The notes under the pieces are model-generated. The model did not search any database, was not told where the DNA came from, and was given only the letters and a program-made list of their open reading frames with translations. Position numbers and translations under genes: made by a program. DNA of 64,000 nucleotides from the NCBI GenBank assembly GCA_016861265.1, contig BOLA01000001.1, positions 203,569-267,568 of the forward strand, in the 5' to 3' direction. Of this stretch, positions 50,757-59,778 are shown one piece after another; the first letter of the stretch is position 1, and each line of letters starts with the position of its first letter. Origin of the DNA: Patescibacteria group bacterium (GTDB lineage: Bacteria > Patescibacteriota > Dojkabacteria > J137).

Positions 50757-53090
50757 GTGGACCAACCTATGTCGAACAGAAAAAAGATTACCTTAGCAAT
50801 ATTGATTTTTCTTACTGCGATTCTCGCAGGTGTAAGTATTTATGTAACTGTAAAGTTACAAGAAAGCCAGGCTCCCACCGAAACAGGAGCATTTACTGGT
50901 GCTGGATTTACTAATTGTTGCGGTACCGGAATTGGTTGTTCGGGTGGAGGTTCTACCTGTCCTGCACATAAATGTAGCGGAACAAGTTGTAGTGGTTCGG
51001 CTGTAAAAATGTTTAAGTGTACTGGAAGACATAATGAATGTGGAGGTGGAGGTGCTACACCATTCTGGGAAAACAATGGATTCACAGGTGGAGAATCTGT
51101 TCCTACTGGAGAATGCGGAATTACTGTACAAATCGATGTGTTTAATAGTGCATCATACGGTAGCGGTATGATTGACTACATTGTTTACTACACTGGGGAT
51201 TGTAATCAAACTACTCCAAAATATAAATGTAGCAATAACTCTTGCGTAAGAGACGATGCAAATGGAACATATACAAGTTCAAATTGTAATAATCAATGTA
51301 GTGCACCTAAGAAAGTTGCATGCGGAGAAAGATGCAATACGGATGCAGATTGTAAAGGAGCTGCAAATGGAGGAACAACAGTTTGTAGAGATGAAGGTGG
51401 TGGTGTAAAAAAATGTGCAAATGTATTCTGCCCTGTGGGAAAAACAATACCTGGAGCAAACTGTGATTGTTCGGCAGGAAGAGTCTGCGGACAAACATGC
51501 AATGCTAGCGTAGGTTTATGTGCAGATGGAAAATCGACTTGTAGATACATAGTTGGTCCATCATGTACAACCTCAAGACCTAATGTTGCAGATACTACCT
51601 ATTGCGTACCGACATCTGGAGCTGGTGCCAGCCAATTAACTACTGCAAAATGTGTAGACAGAGATCAATACAATAGTTATGTGCTATTAAATGGACAAAA
51701 TCCAACACCTGCACAAATTCAACAATTATGTAATTTAACAATACAAACTACTTGCTATAAATGTACTGACCCTACAAATGATGGAAATACTTGTACTAGT
51801 CAAACAGTAAGCGGAACATCTTGTCCTACAGGATGGACTACAAATTCAGTTTGTTCGGCAGCTGCTCCTGGCGGTGCATGTCCTGTCGAAATACCAAAGA
51901 TTACATGTTATCGATGTACAACTGGAACATTAGATGGTAATGCCTGTGAAAATCAGCAATTTGATGGAACATCTTGCCCAACAGGCTGGACTAATAACTC
52001 AAATTGCGGTGCTGCAGCTACAGGTGGCGCATGTCCTGTCGAGACTCCTACAGTAAGTGCTGCTGCTGCTTGTGTTAGTAATACTAATCAAGTAACAGTT
52101 ACATGGAATGCTGTAACTGGTGACAATAGTCAATATGTAGTAGATATTAGTGATTCAAACACATTTGCAACAAATTTTTATCATAAAGCAGTAACATCTG
52201 GTACAACTACAACAGCACCTAATGGATTTACTGCTGCTACTGGCGGTACTGGAGCTCCATTAACAACACTTGACCCTGCAAAGACTTACTATGTAAGAGT
52301 TGCTTATACTGCAATAAATAATTTATATAGTAATACAGCTACAGTATCTACATTAACTTGTACTGAACCCACAATTCAATGTTATAGATGTACAGTAGGT
52401 GCAACAGATGCAAATGCCTGTGAAAATCAACAATTCAACGGAACATCTTGCCCAACGGGTTGGACTTCGAATTCAAACTGTGCTGCTGCAGCCACGGGAG
52501 GTGCTTGCCCTGTAGAAGTAGCTTGCGGTGCAACTTGTAACGATACAAATAATTTATGTCCTCAAGGTCATACTTGTAATGCAGGAGTGTGTAAGCTTAA
52601 CACTTGCTTAACACCAGGGAATTGTTCCGATAATACATGTACGCCAACTGTCCCTGTTTGCGGATCAACATGTTCAACAAATGCCCAGTGTCCAAATAAT
52701 CATAGTTGTACTGCGGGTAAGTGTGTACTAAACGGATGCACAAGTTCTACATGTACAAATGGTTGTGTACCGTTATGTGGCGGTCCATGCGGAACAAACA
52801 ATGATTGTCCAAATAATCATAGTTGTACTGCCGGTAAATGTGTACTAAACGGATGTACAGCAACAACTTGTACAAATGGTTGTAGTGTAATTCCAGTAAT
52901 TCCTGAGACTGCAATTGAAGATGACGCTAGATTATTACTAATAGGAGCTCTATTTATAATCGGAGGTTACCTATCAATGAAATTTGGATTAGGAAGTAAA
53001 ACTAATTTCTTAACAAATATGTATAGTAGTATGACATCTAGCTATGAAGATAAGGCTGAAAGAAAATTGAAAGAAAAAGCTGAGAAGTAA
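50757..53090 (+). CDS. large Cys-rich modular surface protein, paralog B: 3x 46-aa six-Cys repeat, FN3-like insert, 2x 26-aa Cys repeat, C-terminal IPETA motif plus TM plus basic tail
   Basis: N-terminal anchor nearly identical to paralog A; nucleotide-level direct repeats inside the gene; C-terminal IPETAIEDDARLLLIGALFIIGGYLSMKFG. Confidence 0.7.
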   Translation: MDQPMSNRKKITLAILIFLTAILAGVSIYVTVKLQESQAPTETGAFTGAGFTNCCGTGIGCSGGGSTCPAHKCSGTSCSGSAVKMFKCTGRHNECGGGGATPFWENNGFTGGESVPTGECGITVQIDVFNSASYGSGMIDYIVYYTGDCNQTTPKYKCSNNSCVRDDANGTYTSSNCNNQCSAPKKVACGERCNTDADCKGAANGGTTVCRDEGGGVKKCANVFCPVGKTIPGANCDCSAGRVCGQTCNASVGLCADGKSTCRYIVGPSCTTSRPNVADTTYCVPTSGAGASQLTTAKCVDRDQYNSYVLLNGQNPTPAQIQQLCNLTIQTTCYKCTDPTNDGNTCTSQTVSGTSCPTGWTTNSVCSAAAPGGACPVEIPKITCYRCTTGTLDGNACENQQFDGTSCPTGWTNNSNCGAAATGGACPVETPTVSAAAACVSNTNQVTVTWNAVTGDNSQYVVDISDSNTFATNFYHKAVTSGTTTTAPNGFTAATGGTGAPLTTLDPAKTYYVRVAYTAINNLYSNTATVSTLTCTEPTIQCYRCTVGATDANACENQQFNGTSCPTGWTSNSNCAAAATGGACPVEVACGATCNDTNNLCPQGHTCNAGVCKLNTCLTPGNCSDNTCTPTVPVCGSTCSTNAQCPNNHSCTAGKCVLNGCTSSTCTNGCVPLCGGPCGTNNDCPNNHSCTAGKCVLNGCTATTCTNGCSVIPVIPETAIEDDARLLLIGALFIIGGYLSMKFGLGSKTNFLTNMYSSMTSSYEDKAERKLKEKAEK
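51753..52518 (+). repeat. three copies of a 138-nt (46-aa) intragenic module, C[YK][KR]CT..G..D.NACENQQF.GTSCPTGWT.NS.C.AAA.GGACPVE
   Basis: copies at about 51753-51890, 51906-52043 and 52381-52518, roughly 80-85% nucleotide identity by eye. Confidence 0.75.
52689..52883 (+). repeat. two copies of a 78-nt (26-aa) module, CPNNHSCTAGKCVLNGCT..TCTNGC
   Basis: 52689-52766 and 52806-52883, near-identical. Confidence 0.75.
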
Positions 53091-53094
53091 AACT

Positions 53095-53119
53095 AAACCC
53101 TCCGAAAGGAGGGTTTTTT
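53095..53119. terminator. strong bidirectional rho-independent terminator
   Basis: AAA-CCCTCC-GAAA-GGAGGG-TTTTTT; the same stem as the 33927 terminator in the opposite orientation. Confidence 0.9.
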
Positions 53120-53591
53120 AATCTACCTTAAGAGAATTCCCATTGACTCTAAGCCAATTCCTGTATGTTAAGTAGTCAGGCATTACTTTTTGTACAACAA
53201 GCCAAAATGCTTTCGAGTGATTCATTTCCACTGTGTGAGATAATTCATGTACAATTACGTAATCTAATACCTTTTGGGGACCAAGAATTAATTTCCAATT
53301 AAAGTTTAGATTCTTCTCACTTGAGCAACTCCCCCATCTAGTGCTCTGCTCTCTAATACTTATTTTCTTGAATTCAAAGTTATTTTCTTTAGCCAACATT
53401 TTGGTTCTGTCGGTTATTATCTTGCGGGAATATTCCTTAAGCCAATCCTCAAAAATTGTTTTGGGATGCTTTCTACTGTCCTCAGCCTGAAAAATTGTAA
53501 TAGAATTACTTCCTATAACCACCTTATCCTTTATAAATCTTTTGGGCGAAACGACAACGCTATATTGCTTCTCTAAAATTGATACTTGCAT
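53118..53591 (-). CDS. YgjP-like / DUF45 (M48-related) zinc metallohydrolase
   Basis: HELSHTVEMNHSKAFWLVVQKVMPDY matches the DUF45 HExxH...NHS..FW motif. Confidence 0.75.
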   Translation of the reverse strand: MQVSILEKQYSVVVSPKRFIKDKVVIGSNSITIFQAEDSRKHPKTIFEDWLKEYSRKIITDRTKMLAKENNFEFKKISIREQSTRWGSCSSEKNLNFNWKLILGPQKVLDYVIVHELSHTVEMNHSKAFWLVVQKVMPDYLTYRNWLRVNGNSLKVD

Positions 53592-53593
53592 GG

Positions 53594-55591
53594 CTAATAT
53601 TTTATCACGGGTTTACCAAATAAATTTATCTTACTTAACTTCTTTTTTAATGACTTGTGAATTGCCTTCCTAGCCCTAATGACTTCTGTAATTAGTACAA
53701 TCAAAATAACTAAATAACCAAGTAATATTAGATAAGTTCTCGATTCATCAGTTGGGTACTGCTTAGGCAATAACGAACTGTCCTTTTGAGGGAATGAAGT
53801 CGGATAACTTACTGCCATGAATTCCGAAAGCACGTTTGGAAAGTAATATTCATTGGCAATGACTCTGAATGCGCCTCTATAATAGTCAACTACCCCTATT
53901 ATATTTAGTATTGTGCCCTTTTTAAGCTCTATTAAATTTGCTGGACCATAAAAATAAACACTAAAAGTGTCATTGCTTAACCTCACCCTTACTCTATTCG
54001 AATAAACCTGATCTACTACTGCAGAAATGGCTACAAGTTTACCGATATCACTTGTCTCGGGATTAAACAAATTTAAAGCTACTGGTGCAGGGTCTATATA
54101 ATCGATTATCTCAATATTAGCAGGATTAATTTCAATATTTTTAGCACCATTTTTAGTTACAACTTTAGCCTTAATTAGCGAGAATGTATTTAATAAATCT
54201 CGATCGAGCATTGTAGTTAATTTTGCTTTTATTCTCATGGTGTTATCTTCAAGGAATGCATATTTATCGACTGAACCAATTATATTTGCCTTGAGCATAA
54301 ATTCAGTTCCTCCCTGTAAGGAATTAATATCCAAAATAGTATAGAACGGAAATTCAAGATTGTTCTTTGAATTTACAAAACGATTTTCTCCCTTTGGAGT
54401 CGGAGACATTAAAATAAAAGTTTCTTCTGAAAATACTCCATTCTCAAATTTCCTACCAACGGATTGAGACGTACTAACTTGTGTATAAGAGAATTTATTG
54501 ATCTGATTACCGTTTATATCAAATAAATAAATCGAATCTCCGGAATTATTTAAGCTTATTGTAAGATCCTCTTCGTAAACTACATAGTACTCCCTTGGAG
54601 CGATTGTTACATCGGGCAGAAGCGATTTCCGATTAGTTACACCAGTGGATGTTTTTTCTTCTATTACATAATCTTTTAGATTAATAGAATGAGAATCATT
54701 ATTATAAATTTCAATCCACTCGTCGTCTCCACTTTCAGGACTCGGGTAAACTTCAGTAATAACAACTTTATTTGTAATATTGTTTTGAATATTTATCCTC
54801 ATACTTTCAGAATTTATTGTTTGGTCATCGTATTTTAATTCTAATTTAACTGAATCTGAGTAGACTGTATTAAACTTATGAGGTGAACTAATTGGATTAT
54901 TATTCTTATCTGTCCATTTTTCGGATATAGGAGATTGAGTTATGGTAGGAATAAATCTAAAGTAGATATCCTTACCTATGAATGATGATAATGTATCGGT
55001 CCATACCACTGAGTCTAGTGAAAATTCGATTCTCGGAGGATTTATTGGGATAACTGTATAAGAAATAGGAATATTAAAACAGGTGCTTATACTAACTGAA
55101 TTGTATAGCCCAACCGTGTTGTAAATGGAGCTCAATAAGTTTCCACACAAAGGTCCATCTAATTCCCAAGCCACACCCTCTTTTGAATCTCCATAGCTTA
55201 ATTCATAAACTAATACTCCATTGTTAAATAACTGTAATTTTCCATAATCATTGAAAAGAGCAAGTTTTCCATTCCCAATAGAAATACCATTACTTATTTG
55301 TAGGGTAGTCAAGTCTTCTGCTATAACAAAATACGAATTGGGATTTATTTGGCTATCTGGAATAATAATTTTCTTACTGCTACCACTCTGAGAAGTATTT
55401 ATAAAATAGGCATTAACTAATTGAGCTGCCGAACTGCTTGTATTATAAATTTCAATGTATTCTTTTCCCGTGTCAGTACCTACTGCATCTGGCAACAATT
55501 CATTAATAATTAGATTAGTGTCAGCACTTAAATGTATAGAAAAAAGATAAGGGATTAAAATAAAAATAGAAAAAAGAAAGGTAGCCTTCAT
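53594..55591 (-). CDS. secreted protein with two lamin-tail domains (LTD) and a C-terminal TM anchor
   Basis: signal peptide; LIINELLPDAVGTDTGKEYIEIYN and VVITEVYPSPESGDDEWIEIYNN LTD signatures; C-terminal YPTDESRTYLILLGYLVILIVLI followed by a basic tail. Confidence 0.65.
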   Translation of the reverse strand: MKATFLFSIFILIPYLFSIHLSADTNLIINELLPDAVGTDTGKEYIEIYNTSSSAAQLVNAYFINTSQSGSSKKIIIPDSQINPNSYFVIAEDLTTLQISNGISIGNGKLALFNDYGKLQLFNNGVLVYELSYGDSKEGVAWELDGPLCGNLLSSIYNTVGLYNSVSISTCFNIPISYTVIPINPPRIEFSLDSVVWTDTLSSFIGKDIYFRFIPTITQSPISEKWTDKNNNPISSPHKFNTVYSDSVKLELKYDDQTINSESMRINIQNNITNKVVITEVYPSPESGDDEWIEIYNNDSHSINLKDYVIEEKTSTGVTNRKSLLPDVTIAPREYYVVYEEDLTISLNNSGDSIYLFDINGNQINKFSYTQVSTSQSVGRKFENGVFSEETFILMSPTPKGENRFVNSKNNLEFPFYTILDINSLQGGTEFMLKANIIGSVDKYAFLEDNTMRIKAKLTTMLDRDLLNTFSLIKAKVVTKNGAKNIEINPANIEIIDYIDPAPVALNLFNPETSDIGKLVAISAVVDQVYSNRVRVRLSNDTFSVYFYGPANLIELKKGTILNIIGVVDYYRGAFRVIANEYYFPNVLSEFMAVSYPTSFPQKDSSLLPKQYPTDESRTYLILLGYLVILIVLITEVIRARKAIHKSLKKKLSKINLFGKPVIKY

Positions 55592-55651
55592 AAAGTTTTT
55601 TTAATAATTTACTTTAAGAATGCTACCTATAAATTCTTACAAAATTCTGAC

Positions 55652-56158
55652 TTATTTCTTTAAGAATGCAACAACCTTGTCAAGCTGAACTCTAACTGAT
55701 GCAGGTAATTTATCAGGTGTATAATAAACCTGAATAACTCCACCAACAGTGTTCCAAATAACCATTCCTACAACACCCCATACAAATGCACCAATAAACC
55801 AACCTATATAATCAGCTAAACCTGGGGTATAGTAAACTCCAAAAAAGCTTACTCTAGCAAATAGTAATCCATTCAATACGGATGCTACGCCGCCTCCAAA
55901 TCCGGATACTAAGCCAGCTATTACTCCTGTTACTACAGTATGTTTTATTACATCAGGTAATTTCTCTTTACTTCCACCCACTGTTGATACTACAACATAA
56001 CCTGAGGCTACACCTACTACCCAGTTTAATAAGCTGAAGAAAATACCTAAAATAGGAATTACTCCTAAAAGGTTCAATACAGCAGATGCTGCACCAAAAA
56101 CGAATCCTGCTTTTACGACAGGCTTAGGGAAAAGCTCTGAAGACTTTGCTTCGTTCAT
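55652..56158 (-). CDS. small Gly-rich 4-TM membrane protein
   Basis: 168-aa ORF, first gene of a minus-strand three-gene operon. Confidence 0.5.
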   Translation of the reverse strand: MNEAKSSELFPKPVVKAGFVFGAASAVLNLLGVIPILGIFFSLLNWVVGVASGYVVVSTVGGSKEKLPDVIKHTVVTGVIAGLVSGFGGGVASVLNGLLFARVSFFGVYYTPGLADYIGWFIGAFVWGVVGMVIWNTVGGVIQVYYTPDKLPASVRVQLDKVVAFLKK

Positions 56159-56289
56159 ATTTTGCTAGTAATAATTTAAGTTAATCTGAGTTTAAATCTT
56201 ATTGAATATCAAGTCAACCAGGAATATCTATAGCTGATAAATAAAACCTGGTGTTATAATTTACTAAATGAAGAATTTAGGGGGCTATA

Positions 56290-56568
56290 ATGATTATCCG
56301 ATCACTCAAGTATCTAATTCTTCTGGCTCTTACTCTGGGGTGGTTCTACATGAGCCTTCCATCAATGATGTTGCTGGTTATTGGACCTTACTACGTAATC
56401 AACAACTGGATGGGAGGCAGTATACCGCTCACAATTCTGTTCTTTGATGGTTGGGTAGCAGCAATGTTACTGCTTGTAAAACCTCTATTGCGAGCAGATG
56501 CAAAGGTAAGAGCAATCAATGAAGCGGCAAGAAAACGCACCGAAAAAGGTGCTCTTGCCAAGAACTAG
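56290..56568 (+). CDS. small membrane protein (somewhat higher GC)
   Basis: 92 aa with 2-3 TM helices. Confidence 0.4.
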   Translation: MIIRSLKYLILLALTLGWFYMSLPSMMLLVIGPYYVINNWMGGSIPLTILFFDGWVAAMLLLVKPLLRADAKVRAINEAARKRTEKGALAKN

Positions 56569-56583
56569 GGGGCGCATGCCCCC
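56568..56583. terminator. GC hairpin (GGGGGC-GCAT-GCCCCC) between convergent genes
   Basis: 6-bp GC stem with weak U-tracts. Confidence 0.4.
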
Positions 56584-56596
56584 ATTCCTTCTATAT

Positions 56597-56995
56597 TCAA
56601 TCTACAAAGTTTTTACTTGCTTCCTGAAACATGGCATCGTGAGCTTTTTCTCTCATCATTGCGGTTTCAAAAGCTTTAATTGCTTTGTGTCTTTCTTCTT
56701 CAGACAGTTCAGTATCTGCTTTGGCTTCTTCAATCATTCTTGGATACATTTCATCTATTTCATCTTGTTCACCTGATGCAGCTGCATCAATATTTTCCTT
56801 TGTACTCTTTACAAATCCCATAGCCAATAAATGGTTAATACCATGAATTGTTTCCGCTCCTGCAGCTTCCTCAAATAATTGCGCTACTTCTGGATGGCCT
56901 TGTTCCATAGCTCTTTGGGCAAAAGCCATGTACTTTAACCTGGCAAAAGCCTCGCCCTGTGCAGCTTTCATTAAATTATCTGCTGTTTTTGACAT
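56597..56995 (-). CDS. rubrerythrin / ferritin-like diiron four-helix-bundle protein
   Basis: paired E...E..H motifs (EAFARLKY ... EAAGAETIHGINHL ... E.E.H). Confidence 0.65.
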   Translation of the reverse strand: MSKTADNLMKAAQGEAFARLKYMAFAQRAMEQGHPEVAQLFEEAAGAETIHGINHLLAMGFVKSTKENIDAAASGEQDEIDEMYPRMIEEAKADTELSEEERHKAIKAFETAMMREKAHDAMFQEASKNFVD

Positions 56996-57042
56996 AATAG
57001 AAAAGTAAGAATTATTAACTCATTATACATCTGTAGCATTAA

Positions 57043-58197
57043 TTGTATAATTCTTACATGAAAGATCTAAATATATACTTCCACATACCATACTGCAAAG
57101 CAAAGTGCCGATTCTGCAGTTTTTATGTAATTCCCGGTAGAAAATCCAGACTAGAGGAATACTTTAAAGCTCTTCAAAAAGAAATAGTTGATCATAAGCA
57201 TACATTACAAAATTATAATATTAGAACTATATATGTTGGAGGAGGAACACCCTCCTTAGTAGACTCACCTTATGTAGTAGAAGTTATAAATACAATAAAA
57301 AGTAATTTTAATATTGATTCGTTTTGTGAAATCTCTATTGAAACAAATCCAGAAACAATAACTCTGGAAAAGATTGAAGACTACCTATCAGTCGGCGTGA
57401 ACAGAATTAGCATTGGACTACAGTCAACAGATGATCAGATTTTAAAATTTATGGGAAGGCTGTATACCTTTGACGAATTTAAAGAAAGATACGAAATAGT
57501 AAAAAATAGTGCTATTAGCAATATAAATCTAGATTTAATATTTGGTATACCGGGACTGACACTGGAACTGTGGCAACAGACACTCGAAAAAACAATTGAA
57601 CTTGAACCGAAACATATTTCTACTTACTCTTTAGAAATTGATCCGGATTCTATTTTCGGTTATCTAGAAAAACGTGGAAGATTCAAAAGAATGGACGATA
57701 ACCTTGACAGGAAAATGTATAAACTTTCTAAGAAAGTCTTGAACAATAGTGAATTCTTTCAATACGAAATTTCGAATTTTGCAGCTAATGGTTATGAATG
57801 CAAACATAACTTAAATATATGGAAAGGACAAGACTATATAGGTTTTGGAGCGTCATCACACTCAAGAATAAACAATATGAGATACAATAATATTAACAGT
57901 CTTGAAAAATATATTGATTTAATTAATACAGGTCAAAGTCCTAAGGAAAATATTAGTGAGTTGAGCACTAACGATTTATTGAACGAAAGAATTATTTTAA
58001 ATTTAAGAACTAATCGAGGTATTAACCTTGATCAAATAAATAGTGAATTTGACTCAGAAATTACTTCAAATTTAAACTCAAATATAGATGGACTTTTACA
58101 ACAAAAATTAATTAAAATAGAAAAGAATTATTTATCTCTGACTTCAAAAGGTCAGGATTTAGAAAATTATGTTAATTTGCAGCTAGTAAACATATGA
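57043..58197 (+). CDS. hemW: radical SAM HemW/HemN-like protein (heme chaperone / coproporphyrinogen oxidase family)
   Basis: YCKAKCRFCSF CxxxCxxC motif near the N-terminus and the HemN C-terminal domain. Confidence 0.85.
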   Translation: MYNSYMKDLNIYFHIPYCKAKCRFCSFYVIPGRKSRLEEYFKALQKEIVDHKHTLQNYNIRTIYVGGGTPSLVDSPYVVEVINTIKSNFNIDSFCEISIETNPETITLEKIEDYLSVGVNRISIGLQSTDDQILKFMGRLYTFDEFKERYEIVKNSAISNINLDLIFGIPGLTLELWQQTLEKTIELEPKHISTYSLEIDPDSIFGYLEKRGRFKRMDDNLDRKMYKLSKKVLNNSEFFQYEISNFAANGYECKHNLNIWKGQDYIGFGASSHSRINNMRYNNINSLEKYIDLINTGQSPKENISELSTNDLLNERIILNLRTNRGINLDQINSEFDSEITSNLNSNIDGLLQQKLIKIEKNYLSLTSKGQDLENYVNLQLVNI

Positions 58198-59759
58198 CAC
58201 AAGATCCTATTCTGGATATTTTTAGAGAATACGAATACGAAGATGAGATTGAAGCCCTAGCAGCCATTGGAGAATCTACTGCGAATATGGCTTATTTTAA
58301 GAGGGAAAGCAGGCGAACCGAGGAAGATGTTGCATTTACCAGAGCTTTGTATAGTGCAGCAGATGCTCGAAGGGTTCTAAAATATTCTGCTGAAAATCTT
58401 CAGAATGCAGCGTTCAGGAATTTAAAACCAATCGCAGAATCAGAGTCAATAACCGATTTTGTGATAGAAAGAGTTTCTGCACTTAATCCTGTACACAAAA
58501 GATTATTCGAAACCAAACAAGAGCTTCAGCAACTGGATGCAAAAATTATTTCAGAATTAAATTTCTCCGCGAAAGATTTTATAGAAACATTTTTCCGTGA
58601 AGAAAGAGATCCTTCGAAGATTGTTAACGCAATTAAATTAGTTCTTGAGAACAATAATTTAGATACTAGCTCACCTGAGGTTAAACAGATAAAATACAAA
58701 AATGAAGGAAGAAGAATATTCAGTTCCCCTCTGCTTCAGGAATTTATAAAGATCTATCTAGAATATCTGGCCCTAGAGGACTTAATTAAAGTTGTAATCA
58801 GTCAGACACTAGATTCATTAAAGGTGGGTGCATCCTTAGATGAGCAGTTAATATATATTGACCTAGTTTTTGACTATTTAACTGACCCAACCGATCCTCA
58901 ACCTGTACTACCAGAAACAATTGATTACGTTTTAGATATATTCTTGGATTATGTAAAAGATGCCAAATTCATTTATAACCCTGATCTTACAATTGATCCC
59001 ACACCTGCTGGAAATATTGTATATGCCACACTAAGAGGCAACGAAGAAAGATTACTAGCCTACGAACAACGATTCGGTGAGTTGAATTTAAATTTGTTTG
59101 TAAAATTAAAAAGAATTGAATCTCTAATTAAAAACACCGACGAAAACAAACAACTGGCAGAAAGACGAAGAAAAGCTGAAAACATGGAAGCCACAATGTC
59201 GGAAATAGAGATGATCTTTACAACCATTGGACTCTCTACCGATAGAATGGAAAAGATATTTAAATCAATTCCTGCTAACCGATTAAAAAATGAAGTTGAT
59301 AGTTTTCAAAGAATAAGCGATTATAGAGATTTAATAACCTTTACTACATATTTACTGAGCTTTATGGAAGGAAAATTCGAATACTTTCATGCATTTGACC
59401 GCCACAGTCAATCAGTAAGCCAAACCAAAATGCTTAACCTATTTGCAAGAGACGCTACCAGAACAGTGCATGGAATTTTCTCTGATGACCTTTTTATGGG
59501 AAGAGCATTTGTTTCTAGTCGAGAAAGACTATTAGAGATATTAAGTGCCAAAATTGATCGTTCTAAGCCCTACTCTGACTATATAGATATTGAATTCCCC
59601 GAAGAAGTCGGTGATGTATACAAAAGATATAGAGACAAATCAGGAAATGATAGGATAGTTAAGGTAGGTAGAACTAAGAAAGTTAGGATTTCCATTAACC
59701 ATGTACCTGGCTGGACTCCAAAGCAGTCCATTATTAGCATTTACCCACTAGGAGAATAA
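58194..59759 (+). CDS. hypothetical protein (start overlaps the hemW-like gene by 4 nt)
   Basis: 521-aa ORF. Confidence 0.5.
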   Translation: MTQDPILDIFREYEYEDEIEALAAIGESTANMAYFKRESRRTEEDVAFTRALYSAADARRVLKYSAENLQNAAFRNLKPIAESESITDFVIERVSALNPVHKRLFETKQELQQLDAKIISELNFSAKDFIETFFREERDPSKIVNAIKLVLENNNLDTSSPEVKQIKYKNEGRRIFSSPLLQEFIKIYLEYLALEDLIKVVISQTLDSLKVGASLDEQLIYIDLVFDYLTDPTDPQPVLPETIDYVLDIFLDYVKDAKFIYNPDLTIDPTPAGNIVYATLRGNEERLLAYEQRFGELNLNLFVKLKRIESLIKNTDENKQLAERRRKAENMEATMSEIEMIFTTIGLSTDRMEKIFKSIPANRLKNEVDSFQRISDYRDLITFTTYLLSFMEGKFEYFHAFDRHSQSVSQTKMLNLFARDATRTVHGIFSDDLFMGRAFVSSRERLLEILSAKIDRSKPYSDYIDIEFPEEVGDVYKRYRDKSGNDRIVKVGRTKKVRISINHVPGWTPKQSIISIYPLGE

Positions 59760-59778
59760 TAGATGTTATAATTATTAT

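Noticed and set aside
50840-51550. Cluster of antisense ORFs (50840-51085, 50856-51131, 51279-51494, 51293-51550, 51307-51498) and the sense-overlapping ORFs 49792-50302
   Set aside because: They are embedded in the Cys- and Thr-codon-rich surface-protein genes. Repetitive TGT/TGC/ACn codons create long stop-free antisense frames, and their translations are low-complexity, with no independent starts.
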